Assembly: GCA_963838925.1 (NCBI GenBank)
Contig: CAWISW010000003.1
Coordinates: 480,001 to 544,000, forward strand
DNA: 64,000 nt
Direction of reading: 5' to 3'
Origin: an uncultured Nitrososphaerota archaeon
GTDB lineage: Archaea; Thermoproteota; Nitrososphaeria; Nitrososphaerales; Gagatemarchaeaceae
This document shows positions 48,908-60,493 of this stretch, piece by piece. The position numbers and the translations under genes are program-made. The notes beneath the pieces are model-generated. The model had not been told where the DNA came from, did not search any database, and was given only the letters and a program-made list of their open reading frames with translations. Position 1 is the first letter of the stretch. Each line of letters opens with the position of its first letter.

Positions 48908-49939
48908 TCAGTCCTCGCCTCTCTCCCTCGCCGCTTTACCCGTGTAACGCAAGAGAACGTCATCCAGACTGGCCCTGTGGGATTTTATGGACGAGACGTC
49001 GAATCCGTGTTTCGTGGCAAACCTCACTATCTCCAGTATTCCGACGCTTCTGTCTTCCATGCTGAGGACCAACGAGGAGTCAATCTTCCTGACGTCTTTT
49101 ACCCATCCAAGCTCTCTCAACTGCCCCTCGAACTCTTGGTCCGAACCCTTGGATAGCCTGAGCGTTATCAGGTCCTCGCCCACCGAGGCCTTGAGCTGAT
49201 CTGGCGTGCCTATCGCTAGAATCCTGCCTTCGTCCATGATCCCTGTTCTGTTGCAGAGATAGTCAGCCTCGTCAAGGTACGACGTCGCCAGCAGGACTGT
49301 CGTACCTCTCTCCCTGTTTATCCTCTTGATGTAATCCCACACGTACCTTCTGGTCTGCACATCGAGGCCTATCGTCGGCTCGTCCAGGAAGAGGACCTCC
49401 GGAGCTGTCAGCATCCCCCTCGCTATCTCGAGCCTCCGCAGCATCCCTCCAGAGTAATCGTGCACTTCCGCATCTGCATGAGCTTCCAATCCCACTGTTC
49501 TTAGGACGTCGGCCACCCGCTTCTCTCTGACCTGTCTCGGTAGGTTGTACATGCGCGCCGCGAAATCGAGGTTCTCCTTCCCCGTAAGATAGATGTCGAC
49601 GGCCTCCTCCTCGAATACAAGCCCGATGGACCGCCTCACGCCGTCCTTGTCCTTCACGATGTCGTGGCCGCACACCGTGGCGCTCCCAGATTCCGGGTTC
49701 AGGAGGGAAGAGAGCATCATGACAGTCGTCGTCTTGCCAGCCCCGTTCAGGCCGACAAGCCCGAAGATCTCTCCCCGACGCACCTGGAAGCTGATGGAGT
49801 CAACCGCAGTAACATTTCCATAGCGTTTGGCGAGGTTCCTGACGTCGATGACCGCTTCGCTCTCACTACCGTCGGCGCTGCCAACAACAACGGCGATCGT
49901 CGCTATCGGGCGCTGTTGTCGTTGAGGAACGGTATCCAT
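48908..49939 (-). CDS. ABC transporter ATP-binding protein (DrrA-like), degenerate H-switch
   Basis: GLNGAGKTT, YSGGM, FLDEPT, ATSY. Confidence 0.92.
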   Translation of the reverse strand: MDTVPQRQQRPIATIAVVVGSADGSESEAVIDVRNLAKRYGNVTAVDSISFQVRRGEIFGLVGLNGAGKTTTVMMLSSLLNPESGSATVCGHDIVKDKDGVRRSIGLVFEEEAVDIYLTGKENLDFAARMYNLPRQVREKRVADVLRTVGLEAHADAEVHDYSGGMLRRLEIARGMLTAPEVLFLDEPTIGLDVQTRRYVWDYIKRINRERGTTVLLATSYLDEADYLCNRTGIMDEGRILAIGTPDQLKASVGEDLITLRLSKGSDQEFEGQLRELGWVKDVRKIDSSLVLSMEDRSVGILEIVRFATKHGFDVSSIKSHRASLDDVLLRYTGKAARERGED

Positions 49940-49952
49940 CTCGGTCGAAGTC

Positions 49953-50153
49953 CTAGAGCGCTTCGGTCGAGCAAACAGTTAAGCAGGACACACGTTTCTC
50001 AAGTTTGAGAAACGGTCTACCCGTTCTCCGAGGTGGTGCGCCGTCGTGCCTGCGCATATGGACGTAGCAGCAGTTCGCGCTGCACAACTGGCACATGAAA
50101 TGGTATCCGGACTTGTTGGGTTTCAATCGCGCAAGCCTAATATCTCCTGACAA
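49953..50153 (-). CDS. possible small Zn-finger protein or fragment
   Basis: YHFMCQLCSANCCYVHMRRH (CxxC..CxxH..H). Confidence 0.35.
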   Translation of the reverse strand: MSGDIRLARLKPNKSGYHFMCQLCSANCCYVHMRRHDGAPPRRTGRPFLKLEKRVSCLTVCSTEAL

Positions 50154-50181
50154 CGGAGCAGTTTAGTCAACTGGGGTTTGA

Positions 50182-52350
<2,169 letters not shown>

Positions 52351-52660
52351 AAGAATTCAAATGGCGGGCCCAGCAGGATAAGCTTGGAAAATCAAGCGAA
52401 TCCGATTGCTCAGCCAAGCAAGATGGGAAGTTCGATTGTCTGGAGGCGTTTGAGCGGACTCGTAGCGGTCTCCTACGGCTTAATGAAGTCATGGGGATTT
52501 CAAGGATAACACCGATCGAGAGCGAGTCCGGCATCTGTGATGCTAGGTTCTCAATCGTATTCGAAGTAGAGAGTGAGACGAGCGCTGAATAGGGTCTCCA
52601 CTCATTCTTGACGAGCGAAGATTTAACTATGAATTTGGCTTGAAACGGCTCGATTGATTC

Positions 52661-52816
52661 ATGAAATGCTATTTTTGTGAAAATGATGCAAGAGGGACAT
52701 GCTCGGACTGCTCCAGGGGCGTGTGCAAGGCGCATTCAATCGTACATAATGCCGGTAGGGTAGGAGATGGAACGGCCCCGAGACTGATTTGCAAGGAATG
52801 CGAAGCGGCAATGTGA
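52661..52816 (+). CDS. 51-aa zinc-binding protein (DUF2180/B-box-like), below the ORF-track cutoff
   Basis: MKCYFCENDARGTCSDCSRGVCKAH...LICKECEAAM: CxxC, CxxC, CxxH, CxxC. Confidence 0.75.
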   Translation: MKCYFCENDARGTCSDCSRGVCKAHSIVHNAGRVGDGTAPRLICKECEAAM

Positions 52817-53045
52817 AGCCGGTGCGCCCATAACTTAGGTTAGAATCCTGCTGAAAAGTGACCACTTCATCAAGAAAACACCTCCCTTCGAGAGATAAGA
52901 TACAATATCTCAGAGATTATGCAGGCTATAAACAGGGCAGGGTACTCGAGTAGGCTGATCAGAAGAGAGGCGAAGTGAAAGCACGCGGAGGTAGAGGGTC
53001 TGAGCAAGCGTAAATACTACGCAGTCATCATGGCGGCCGAGTGTC

Positions 53046-53234
53046 ATGACCAAGGAATTCGCCTGCAAGGACATCGGCATGAGCTGCGGTTTCAAGGCTT
53101 CTGCCAAGACGGAGGATGAATTGATGCCGAAGATCGCCCAGCATGCGAAGGACGTACACAAGTTGGACCCGATTCCCGCAGAAACCTTACAGAAGGTCAA
53201 GGCCGCCATCAAGGACAAGAAAGGCTGGTTTTGA
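53046..53234 (+). CDS. DUF1059 small metal-binding protein
   Basis: FACKDIGMSCGF...EDELM...HAKDVH. Confidence 0.88.
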   Translation: MTKEFACKDIGMSCGFKASAKTEDELMPKIAQHAKDVHKLDPIPAETLQKVKAAIKDKKGWF

Positions 53235-53408
53235 GAACCCCCATCAGCCGCCCTGAGTGACTCAACCGGGTAGCCTTGGCATCGTAGCAAAAGGGCGTCC
53301 TTTTGCCGTCGGTCACGAAATTCTATAAAGTAAAAGGGCACCTGCCTGGTGCCCCGCCAAATCCGCCGGCGATACCTGCAAAACAGCCGACTACAACTGC
53401 TAGCGTCC

Positions 53409-54644
53409 CTAGAGTTTGCCTTCAGGTCTGCTCGTGACCGCTGGTCTTTCGATTTCGTGCGGCTCGCTCGTCTCTCCGAAGTAAGCGTCCATCAGCCAGC
53501 TCCATCCTCCCTGAATCGTGGACCAGTATATCTTCGCGAACTCCCTTTTCATTTCGTATCGCAGGAACGTTGGCTCTTCCCGCTTCGGCGCGGCCTCGTA
53601 GGTTCCGGAGACAAACAGCGCTTTCCGTCCTCCCGTCTCCATCGGACAGTTGATTCTCCCATTGTATTCGAAGACTTCGCTGCTCCCCTTGAGGTCAGCG
53701 GCGACGTTCTTTGCGACAGCTTCAGCCTGCAGGTGAGCCACTACCCCTGACTTTGAGATCGCTATGTTGGTGGCGTCGCCGAGCGCATATCCATCCGGGT
53801 GGTCTTTCATTCTCATCGTGTGCTTATCGGCGGGTATCCATCCCTCCTCGTCGCCGATTCCCGAAGCTAAGACCACATCGGCTCCTCTGTGCGGAGGCAC
53901 CGCGATCAGCAGGTCGTAGTCCTCGCTCTCGCCCTCGAGACTGTAGATTTTCTTTGCCGCTGGGTCAACGTGGTCCGCGGCGAAAAAGGGGACTAGCTCG
54001 ATTCCCCTCTTCTCGAACATTGGTTGTATCACCTCCGAGATGTGCTCGGCGGGGTATGCCCTGGGGTAGGGAGTGAGGAACTTGACCTGCACTGATCCCC
54101 TGACGCCCCGCTTGCGGAAGAACTCGTCAAGCATGAACGCGGCCTCGTTCGGGGACGGCGGACACTTGTGGGGGACGCTAGTGATGGCTACCACCACCTT
54201 GCCGGTCTTGAACTGCTGAATGGCCTCCCAGATCTTAGACGCCTCCACAGCTCCCGTGTGGAAGTTTAACGAGGCCACAAGCAGCCCGGGCATCAGCTCT
54301 GGTCTGGCGACAGCGCCCGTAGCCAAGACGATGTAGTCGTATGACAAAGTTGAACCCCGCCGAGTCGTCACAACCTTCGCTTTCATATCGATACGGGCCG
54401 CTCCCTCGTTGACGTATTTCACGCCCTTCTTGAGGAGGGTCGTTTCGCGGCGAACGGCAATCTTGGGGTTTGCTCCCTTGAATGCAATGTCGAGGTTGGC
54501 AGGCTGGAAGGTGTGTTCGTCCCCTTCGCCGACGAGCTGAATGCTGATTTCTCCGAGGCGGATTTGCGCCTTGAACTCCTGCGCCAAGAGGTTCGCTAGG
54601 AGGGTGCCGCCCGCTCCTGCCCCAACTATCAGGACACGCTTCAA
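53409..54644 (-). CDS. sulfide:quinone oxidoreductase-like flavoprotein
   Basis: GAGAGG, FQPA, ATG, KCPPSP, PPH, GDAT, KSGVVAH, CPMETG. Confidence 0.88.
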   Translation of the reverse strand: MKRVLIVGAGAGGTLLANLLAQEFKAQIRLGEISIQLVGEGDEHTFQPANLDIAFKGANPKIAVRRETTLLKKGVKYVNEGAARIDMKAKVVTTRRGSTLSYDYIVLATGAVARPELMPGLLVASLNFHTGAVEASKIWEAIQQFKTGKVVVAITSVPHKCPPSPNEAAFMLDEFFRKRGVRGSVQVKFLTPYPRAYPAEHISEVIQPMFEKRGIELVPFFAADHVDPAAKKIYSLEGESEDYDLLIAVPPHRGADVVLASGIGDEEGWIPADKHTMRMKDHPDGYALGDATNIAISKSGVVAHLQAEAVAKNVAADLKGSSEVFEYNGRINCPMETGGRKALFVSGTYEAAPKREEPTFLRYEMKREFAKIYWSTIQGGWSWLMDAYFGETSEPHEIERPAVTSRPEGKL

Positions 54645-54648
54645 GGCG

Positions 54649-54897
54649 TTACGCTTTCTTTTTGGTGACTCGAACGACTATCCGAGTGTAGCCCTTCTCT
54701 TCGGCAGTCTCGATGAGCTGGTTTCCCGTGTGCGCCGCCCAGGCCTGAATGTCGCTCTTCGCGGCGGGGTCGGTCGCCCAGACCTCGAGAACCGCGCCGA
54801 CCTCTGCGGTCCTATACGCCTTGAATAGGTCTGTTAGGGGGCCTGGACAGAAGCTACCCCTAGAGTCGATGACCTTCTTCTGGCTGGCCTGCGCCAT
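54649..54897 (-). CDS. tusA: TusA-family sulfurtransferase
   Basis: IDSRGSFCPGPL, ATDPAAKSDIQAW. Confidence 0.92.
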   Translation of the reverse strand: MAQASQKKVIDSRGSFCPGPLTDLFKAYRTAEVGAVLEVWATDPAAKSDIQAWAAHTGNQLIETAEEKGYTRIVVRVTKKKA

Positions 54898-54910
54898 TCC
54901 CTATCGCCGC

Positions 54911-55366
54911 TCAGATGAAGATCGTCTGGCCGTTCTCGGCAAGGTGGAGGAATGTGGACGCGCCCACGATATCGTCGACCTCGGGAATGAAGTCTTCCTT
55001 CTTGAGGCCCATCATCTCCATAGTGGTCGAGCAGGCATGGAAGTGAACACCCATGTCGTGAGCATTCGCTATCATCTCGGGTATCGTTGGGATCTTCAAC
55101 TGTCTTATCGCGCCCTTCACCATTGGAGTGGTCATGCCTGGGCTCGCATCGGGGCCGACCTCGAGACTGGCTTCTGTTTTTTTGTTAATCACAGCCATCC
55201 CCCAAAAAGTGAAGAATATGTGAACCTCCATTCCCATGGCGCCCCCTGCGTTCGCCAGCATGAACGCTGGATAGGCCATATCGAGCGATCCCTTTGAAAG
55301 GATTATCGAAAGTTTGCCTCCCTCCTTAGTTTCAGGTTCTGTCTTACCCGTTGTAATTTGTGCCAA
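54911..55366 (-). CDS. DsrE/DsrF/DrsH-like sulfur carrier
   Basis: KGSLDMAYP, FFTFWG, ACSTTM, VGASTF. Confidence 0.9.
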   Translation of the reverse strand: MAQITTGKTEPETKEGGKLSIILSKGSLDMAYPAFMLANAGGAMGMEVHIFFTFWGMAVINKKTEASLEVGPDASPGMTTPMVKGAIRQLKIPTIPEMIANAHDMGVHFHACSTTMEMMGLKKEDFIPEVDDIVGASTFLHLAENGQTIFI

Positions 55367-55680
55367 TATGATTCACTGTCGTTACAATAAACGCATCGAA
55401 TTATTTAAACTGGGGACGCAATTCTCACCTTTGAGAAGGGCGCACTAGAGACGGGAGTTTCTCTTCTAGATTACTCCAAGCAGTAGATTGCTCGGCCGGA
55501 TGGGATTCGTCTCTTGTTCTCCTGTACGCGGACATTCTTTGGAGCTAGGTCCGACAACTCTCCATGGGCATGGACAGCGTTTGACAGGGGGGTTCATGGG
55601 CTGGTATCTGGGATCCTCGAAGCAATCTGCCTCACAGGGAAGCGTTTTATTTCATCATCCAGAAGAAGAGCATGAGGAAC

Positions 55681-56004
55681 ATGAAGATTGGACTTGTGAT
55701 CTCCACGAGCGAGCCAGAGCTCGCATGGAACGCTTTCAGATATGGGGTGAAAGCCATCGAGAACAAGCATTCCGTAAGGGCCTTCCTGCTCGGAAGGGGC
55801 GTCGAGTGCGAAGAGATCGAGGATGACAAGTTCAACGTCAAGAAGATGATGGCCGAGTTTGTCGACGCAGGAGGAACCATCCTAGCTTGCGGAACCTGTC
55901 TGAAGATTCGGAAGAAGGGTGGGACAGAACTCTGTCCAATCTCCACAATGCAGGACATGGTGGACCTCACAGTGGACTCCGACCGAGTTCTCACGTTTGG
56001 CTGA
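55681..56004 (+). CDS. DsrE-family protein
   Basis: WNAFRYG, FLLGRGVE, ACGTCLKIR, CPISTM, DRVLTFG. Confidence 0.88.
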   Translation: MKIGLVISTSEPELAWNAFRYGVKAIENKHSVRAFLLGRGVECEEIEDDKFNVKKMMAEFVDAGGTILACGTCLKIRKKGGTELCPISTMQDMVDLTVDSDRVLTFG

Positions 56005-56258
56005 ATAAAGGACGCACAAATTCCTCTGCTGAGCGTCGCAAAGGCGCGAACTCACAGGCAATCCGGAAACGGAGTCGACAAGTTGCAACAACCTCTACCA
56101 ATTACGCTCGCTTAGCGACGCCCCCTTCTCAGGTAACCCGCGTCATTCATTAGCAGTATAGTGCCGAGGCGCAATTGTCAAGGATTAGGACTTTCCTGGG
56201 TGAATTGTCATCGTTCGAGCCTTACGAGTCAAACAGAGTCTAAACTAGGCTATTTGCT

Positions 56259-56275
56259 GTGGACCGGGGGGACTC
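56259..56275 (-). repeat. tRNA-Ala 3'-end-like att remnant 2
   Basis: GTGGACCGGGGGGACTC; reverse complement GAGTCCCCCCGGTCCAC. Confidence 0.6.
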
Positions 56276-56492
56276 GCCCAAAATAATTAGGGTGTGCTTA
56301 TAGGGGATGGTATCCAATAACCTCTGAAAGCTCGAAAAATACTGCGATCGGTGGATGAATGCCGAAGGCAGGAATACAACCCGCGGGTTCAAATCTCCAG
56401 CGTATTTTCGACCGGTCATCAAATCATTTGACTAGAATCGAGCGCTTGTCGGTGAAGGATTCCTGGGTGGTTTTCGAAATCTTGACTGATTG

Positions 56493-57359
56493 CTAAGCTA
56501 CCACGATCGTTCCGGTTCCGCTCGTTGGGTGTTCCGTGTCCATGTATGTGTATGTCCCGCCTTGAGTGAGTGTGATGCTCCAAAGATTGTATGATGATAA
56601 CGTAGGAGAGGTCGTGCTTACTATGCTTGTGAAACTTATTGTCTTGTCACCCGAATCGGCCTCACCGCACCAATTATGCGGAGCATCTGTGTTGTAGAAG
56701 TAGACGGTCGAGCCCGTCGGCACAGTCACGTTGGACGGGTTGAATGCGTAATATGAGAGGTACACTAGGTACTGAACGACTCTCACTTGAATAGAGGTAG
56801 ACTCAACCTGATTTCCCGAAGTAGCCGTCACGTTTAGCGTGTAGTTGCCCGCGTTCTCCGAACTGGGGGCACTGAGAAAGATTTGGCTCATTTGGACCTG
56901 CCCACCACCAAGCGCGACCGAGGGGAATTCGAACGACACCCCCAGACCACCCGAAACTGTCCCGGTGAGGGATACTGTCTCGCTTCCACTGGTAACCGGA
57001 TTAATCGTTAGGACCAGATCGTTAGTGCTGTCGCCGGGTGCCAGGACAAACTGATTGGTGTTCGCCGTCAAGCTGAAAGCAAAAGCTGCCTGTGACGTCG
57101 ACGACTGAGTTGTAACCTTTGAGGTAGAAGAGGTAGACGTAGCATTGCCAGTGGTCGTTGTCGATGTTGTCACGCTGCTTGTTGAACTGGAACCCGTTGT
57201 GGTCGAAGTCGACTGCTCCGAAATCGAGCTAGTGGTGGTTGTATTCGACTTGGAACTCGCTCCAGAGAGTGCGAAGTATGCTCCTGCTGCGACGACGATT
57301 ATCACAACAAGTGCGACAGTCGCTATGATTGGGGTTCCGATGCCGGCCCGCGTCTTCAC
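56493..57359 (-). CDS. membrane-anchored Ser/Thr-rich protein with C-terminal cupredoxin-like domain
   Basis: N-terminal TM after a pilin-like KTRAG; AFNPSNVTVPTGSTVYFYN, GTYTY...HP...GTIVV. Confidence 0.8.
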   Translation of the reverse strand: MKTRAGIGTPIIATVALVVIIVVAAGAYFALSGASSKSNTTTTSSISEQSTSTTTGSSSTSSVTTSTTTTGNATSTSSTSKVTTQSSTSQAAFAFSLTANTNQFVLAPGDSTNDLVLTINPVTSGSETVSLTGTVSGGLGVSFEFPSVALGGGQVQMSQIFLSAPSSENAGNYTLNVTATSGNQVESTSIQVRVVQYLVYLSYYAFNPSNVTVPTGSTVYFYNTDAPHNWCGEADSGDKTISFTSIVSTTSPTLSSYNLWSITLTQGGTYTYMDTEHPTSGTGTIVVA

Positions 57360-57366
57360 GCGTTTC

Positions 57367-57957
57367 TCACCAATTCCGAACTTCGGTTCCAGTCTTTGGC
57401 GACCATTGCGAACGGCAACAGGTCGATAAACATGTATACATAAACGAACCTCCCCGGGCTACTTGTAGGTGCTCAGCGCCCACATTCCGAAGATGGATAC
57501 GGAAAAGAAAGAGCACTGTGGCACTTGCAAGAAGAGCTGAAGACCCTAGAACCGAGGTCCCTCCCAATGCTGTGACCAGCCCACCACTATTCGTCACACC
57601 GGCTGTCTGAGTCGAATTGCTGCTGGATGTCATGAGGAAAGTGAAGTGGAAAGACGGCATCTGCTCCGGATGGTCCTGCGGAGTCAGCAGCGGGTACCTG
57701 TACTCTACAACCTGCTGCGAGGCAAAGTTCGAGCCACCCCACCACTCCGACGGATACAGATCGATCGTGTGTATTCCAGGCTCACCCGTGGCGACGATCG
57801 TTACTGTCACGTTCCCGCCGCTGTTGAACCCGCACGCGTATCCGATGTACGAGTTGTCGTAATCGACGGCGACTATGTTTGTGTTGAAGTCCCATCCCAC
57901 TCCGTGCATTATGACCTGGATCTGCGTACCCTGCGGTCCTTGAGTCGTGCTCAGCAC
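57367..57957 (-). pseudogene. probable C-terminal fragment of a secreted surface protein
   Basis: Protein-like motif YDNSYIGYACGFNSGG...PGIHTIDLYP; no signal peptide; begins just left of att remnant 3. Confidence 0.5.
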
Positions 57958-58030
57958 GGCGCTTCTCTGGATGAAATAAGCTCAAATCTAGCCTATTTAG
58001 CCGTAAATAGCTCACTTTAAGCTCAAAAGT

Positions 58031-58077
58031 GTGGACCGGGGGGGTTCCGCCCCTTGCAAGGGGCGAGTCCCTGGCCA
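58031..58077 (-). repeat. tRNA-Ala 3'-end-like att remnant 3 with 18-bp perfect palindrome
   Basis: GTGGACCGGGGGGGTTC followed by CGCCCCTTGCAAGGGGCG (58048-58065). Confidence 0.6.
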
Positions 58078-58288
58078 AACTCTGAGTAGGTCTGGAACCC
58101 TTGCCGTTCCACACCTTTGTCCATTGGATATACTTGGAACGCCCCGTATTTATGCGCCTATTTCTAGAATCCGGGCCAAGCTTCGATACGACTTTGTCGC
58201 CATTGTGCTGGTCGACCTCGATGGGCACTCTGGGCATCACAGGACTTGTATAAACTTATATAGACAGTTAGCTTGCATTTACACAGGT

Positions 58289-58585
58289 ATGACGCTTCAG
58301 ACCGCACGTCACAGCGGCATCTTGATCAAGAGAGTGTTGCACGAGCCGAAGATATCTACCGTGATGATGATAGAGAAGGCAATCCTCGACCATGAGGACT
58401 ATCCAACGAGGACGGAGCTCTGGAACTCCCTCCCGAAGAAGGTCCAGTATCAGACCTTCCAGAGGGCCCTCCAATATCTCGAGAGTCACGGCACCATCGT
58501 CATCAACGACGAGGGACAGATTTTCTACACGGGGGTAAACAACCCGAAGCTCAGGAAGCTGCTCGCGACGAGCGTGCCGGCCTAA
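58289..58585 (+). CDS. small wHTH-like protein (possible antitoxin/regulator)
   Basis: ATG 58289 about 30 nt after TTATATA; PTRTELWNSLPKKVQYQTFQRALQYLE. Confidence 0.75.
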   Translation: MTLQTARHSGILIKRVLHEPKISTVMMIEKAILDHEDYPTRTELWNSLPKKVQYQTFQRALQYLESHGTIVINDEGQIFYTGVNNPKLRKLLATSVPA

Positions 58586-58589
58586 TACC

Positions 58590-58913
58590 TCAATAACCGA
58601 ACCTTTCCTCATAGCTCTTGTGATTCAGGGCTTCGAGCACAAGCACGGAAACCTCGTCGCCGTCCCGAACGAGCGTGTAAATCGCCCTGAAGCCCTCTGG
58701 GAGGTGGTAGCGGAACAGGTTGTTCACGCCGAACCTTCTCATGTAGCGCTGGGGAATCAGGTTCTTTCGGACGCTCTCGCCTGCGAACATGTTTTCCAGA
58801 AGGACTAGCTTCATGTCGTCAAGCCACTTCCGCTCCGCGTCGTTCTGCGGAAGACTGTCGAGGTGAGCCTGGAGCCCTCCTTCGAACTTGACTGATTTCG
58901 GGGCTCTAGCGAT
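58590..58913 (-). CDS. RelE/ParE-superfamily-like toxin, start codon uncertain
   Basis: NLFRYHLPEGFRAIYTL...LNHKSYEERFGY; frame open upstream of ATG 58814 to an ATC at 58913. Confidence 0.6.
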   Translation of the reverse strand: MARAPKSVKFEGGLQAHLDSLPQNDAERKWLDDMKLVLLENMFAGESVRKNLIPQRYMRRFGVNNLFRYHLPEGFRAIYTLVRDGDEVSVLVLEALNHKSYEERFGY

Positions 58914-59533
58914 TGCTCATCCCGCCCATTCGAAAGACACCACCGGCATAGTAAAGCGTTCTGAGCCGGCCCGGATAGAAGACAGAGGAAGTGGCGGTAC
59001 TAGGAAGGCTGGCATACCCCTCCGCTCCTGATTTGAATAGAAGGCGGAGGGTTCCGCCTCTAAGCAGAAGTGGACGAGGAGGCTCGGCCGATTATTCGTC
59101 CGAGTCTTCGGCCTCCCATGCCCAAAGACCCGTTGCTCACCAATGAATGAGGTCGCGGCAATAAAAAGACCACGTCGGGCCAGGTATTCCGTCATCCAGC
59201 AAAGGGAGTTCAATTCCGGTGAGATTCAAACCTGAACGGGTTCAATTCCGCCGCGAAGATAGCCGAAATCCACTCGGGCCCCATGTCCAATCGATTCCCG
59301 AGAAGCAGTACCGACAGCTGCACCCGGGCTAGGCGATATGAACTGCGGACGCCATGGGATACAAGCAAGAGCCACCGCCACCATTACCCGGTCGTATTTC
59401 CTCGGACTTGAGCCACTCCGTGCGAGAAACAAGAGGCCCGTAATTGATGTTGAATGGCCGTGCAATATGGACTTGGAATCCACACGGCTTAAAGTCTTCA
59501 TTGCGGCCTTCGAGGAAGTAAGGCGACGCGGCC

Positions 59534-60493
59534 ATGAGCACATCGGAACAACCCCTGATCTCGGTCGAGCAAGTCACCAACGAGAGTTTGGTGGAATTCC
59601 GAGACGTCGATTGCAAGATTTCAGGCAAGAACATCCTGAGAGGAATCACACTAGGCATCGACCGCGGGGAAATAATGGGCATCCTCGGGAGAAACGGCGC
59701 AGGAAAGTCGACGCTTCTCTCCCTCATATCTGGGCTAAGGAGTAGTACATCTGGAGAAATCACAGTGCTGGGGAAAAGAATGCCTTCGCACGCAGACGAG
59801 TCTCGAAGAAGAATGGGCTTTGTCCTTCAAGAGGACGCGCTTTACCAAGAGCTAACCGTCTTCGAGAACTTGAAATTCGCTGCTAGTCTTTACAATCTAG
59901 AAGATTCGCGGAAGAGGATTCTCGAGGTGCTTGAGATTCTCGGCCTCTCAGACCGGCGCGACCAGGTCGTGAGCACTCTTTCAGGAGGCCTCAAGAGGCG
60001 CACTGCCATTGCCCGCGCTTTCCTTCACGACCCGGAGTTGTTCATCATTGATGAGCCTACGCTTGGAGTCGATGCAGATGCGCGTCACGCGGTTTGGGCT
60101 TACCTCCGCCTACTGAGATCGAGGAGGAGGACTGTCATCGTTGCTACCAATTATCTCGACGAGGCGCTGGCTTTGTGCGACCGCGTTGCGGTCTTGGAGA
60201 AAGGTAGGTTGTTGGCGGTCGAAGAGCCCCGCGAGCTGGTGATGCGTACGGGCAGTTGCATCGACGTAGATTGCGACGAGCAGACTGCCAAGAGGATTGC
60301 CTCGGGCCTGACGGGCGCAAGGCAGGTAACCCGCACCGACTTGACCTTGAGCGGGATTTCGCTGTTCTTGGCTAGAGGCACGAAACCAGACGAAGTCTTG
60401 CGGGAATTCGCATCGTACGGCGGCATTGAGGGATTCCGTTTGCGCGCACCTGATCTTTCGGAAGTCTTCAAGTCGTTCGGTACGAGTCCATGA
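59534..60493 (+). CDS. ABC transporter ATP-binding protein
   Basis: GRNGAGKST, LSGGL, IIDEPT; H-switch reads ATNY. Confidence 0.92.
   Translation: MSTSEQPLISVEQVTNESLVEFRDVDCKISGKNILRGITLGIDRGEIMGILGRNGAGKSTLLSLISGLRSSTSGEITVLGKRMPSHADESRRRMGFVLQEDALYQELTVFENLKFAASLYNLEDSRKRILEVLEILGLSDRRDQVVSTLSGGLKRRTAIARAFLHDPELFIIDEPTLGVDADARHAVWAYLRLLRSRRRTVIVATNYLDEALALCDRVAVLEKGRLLAVEEPRELVMRTGSCIDVDCDEQTAKRIASGLTGARQVTRTDLTLSGISLFLARGTKPDEVLREFASYGGIEGFRLRAPDLSEVFKSFGTSP

Noticed and set aside
56385-56395. GGGTTCAAATC T-loop-like motif
   Set aside because: No cloverleaf or acceptor stem could be built around it
58031-58085. Intact tRNA-Ala(UGC)
   Set aside because: Anticodon-like hairpin and 3' end are present, but the D arm, 5' T stem and 5' acceptor strand are missing
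59208-59250. 11-bp direct repeat GTTCAATTCCG (two copies)
   Set aside because: Only two short copies; no CRISPR periodicity, cas genes or tRNA fold
58917-59530. Several 98-144 aa ORFs upstream of the second ABC operon
   Set aside because: No recognisable motifs or consistent codon bias
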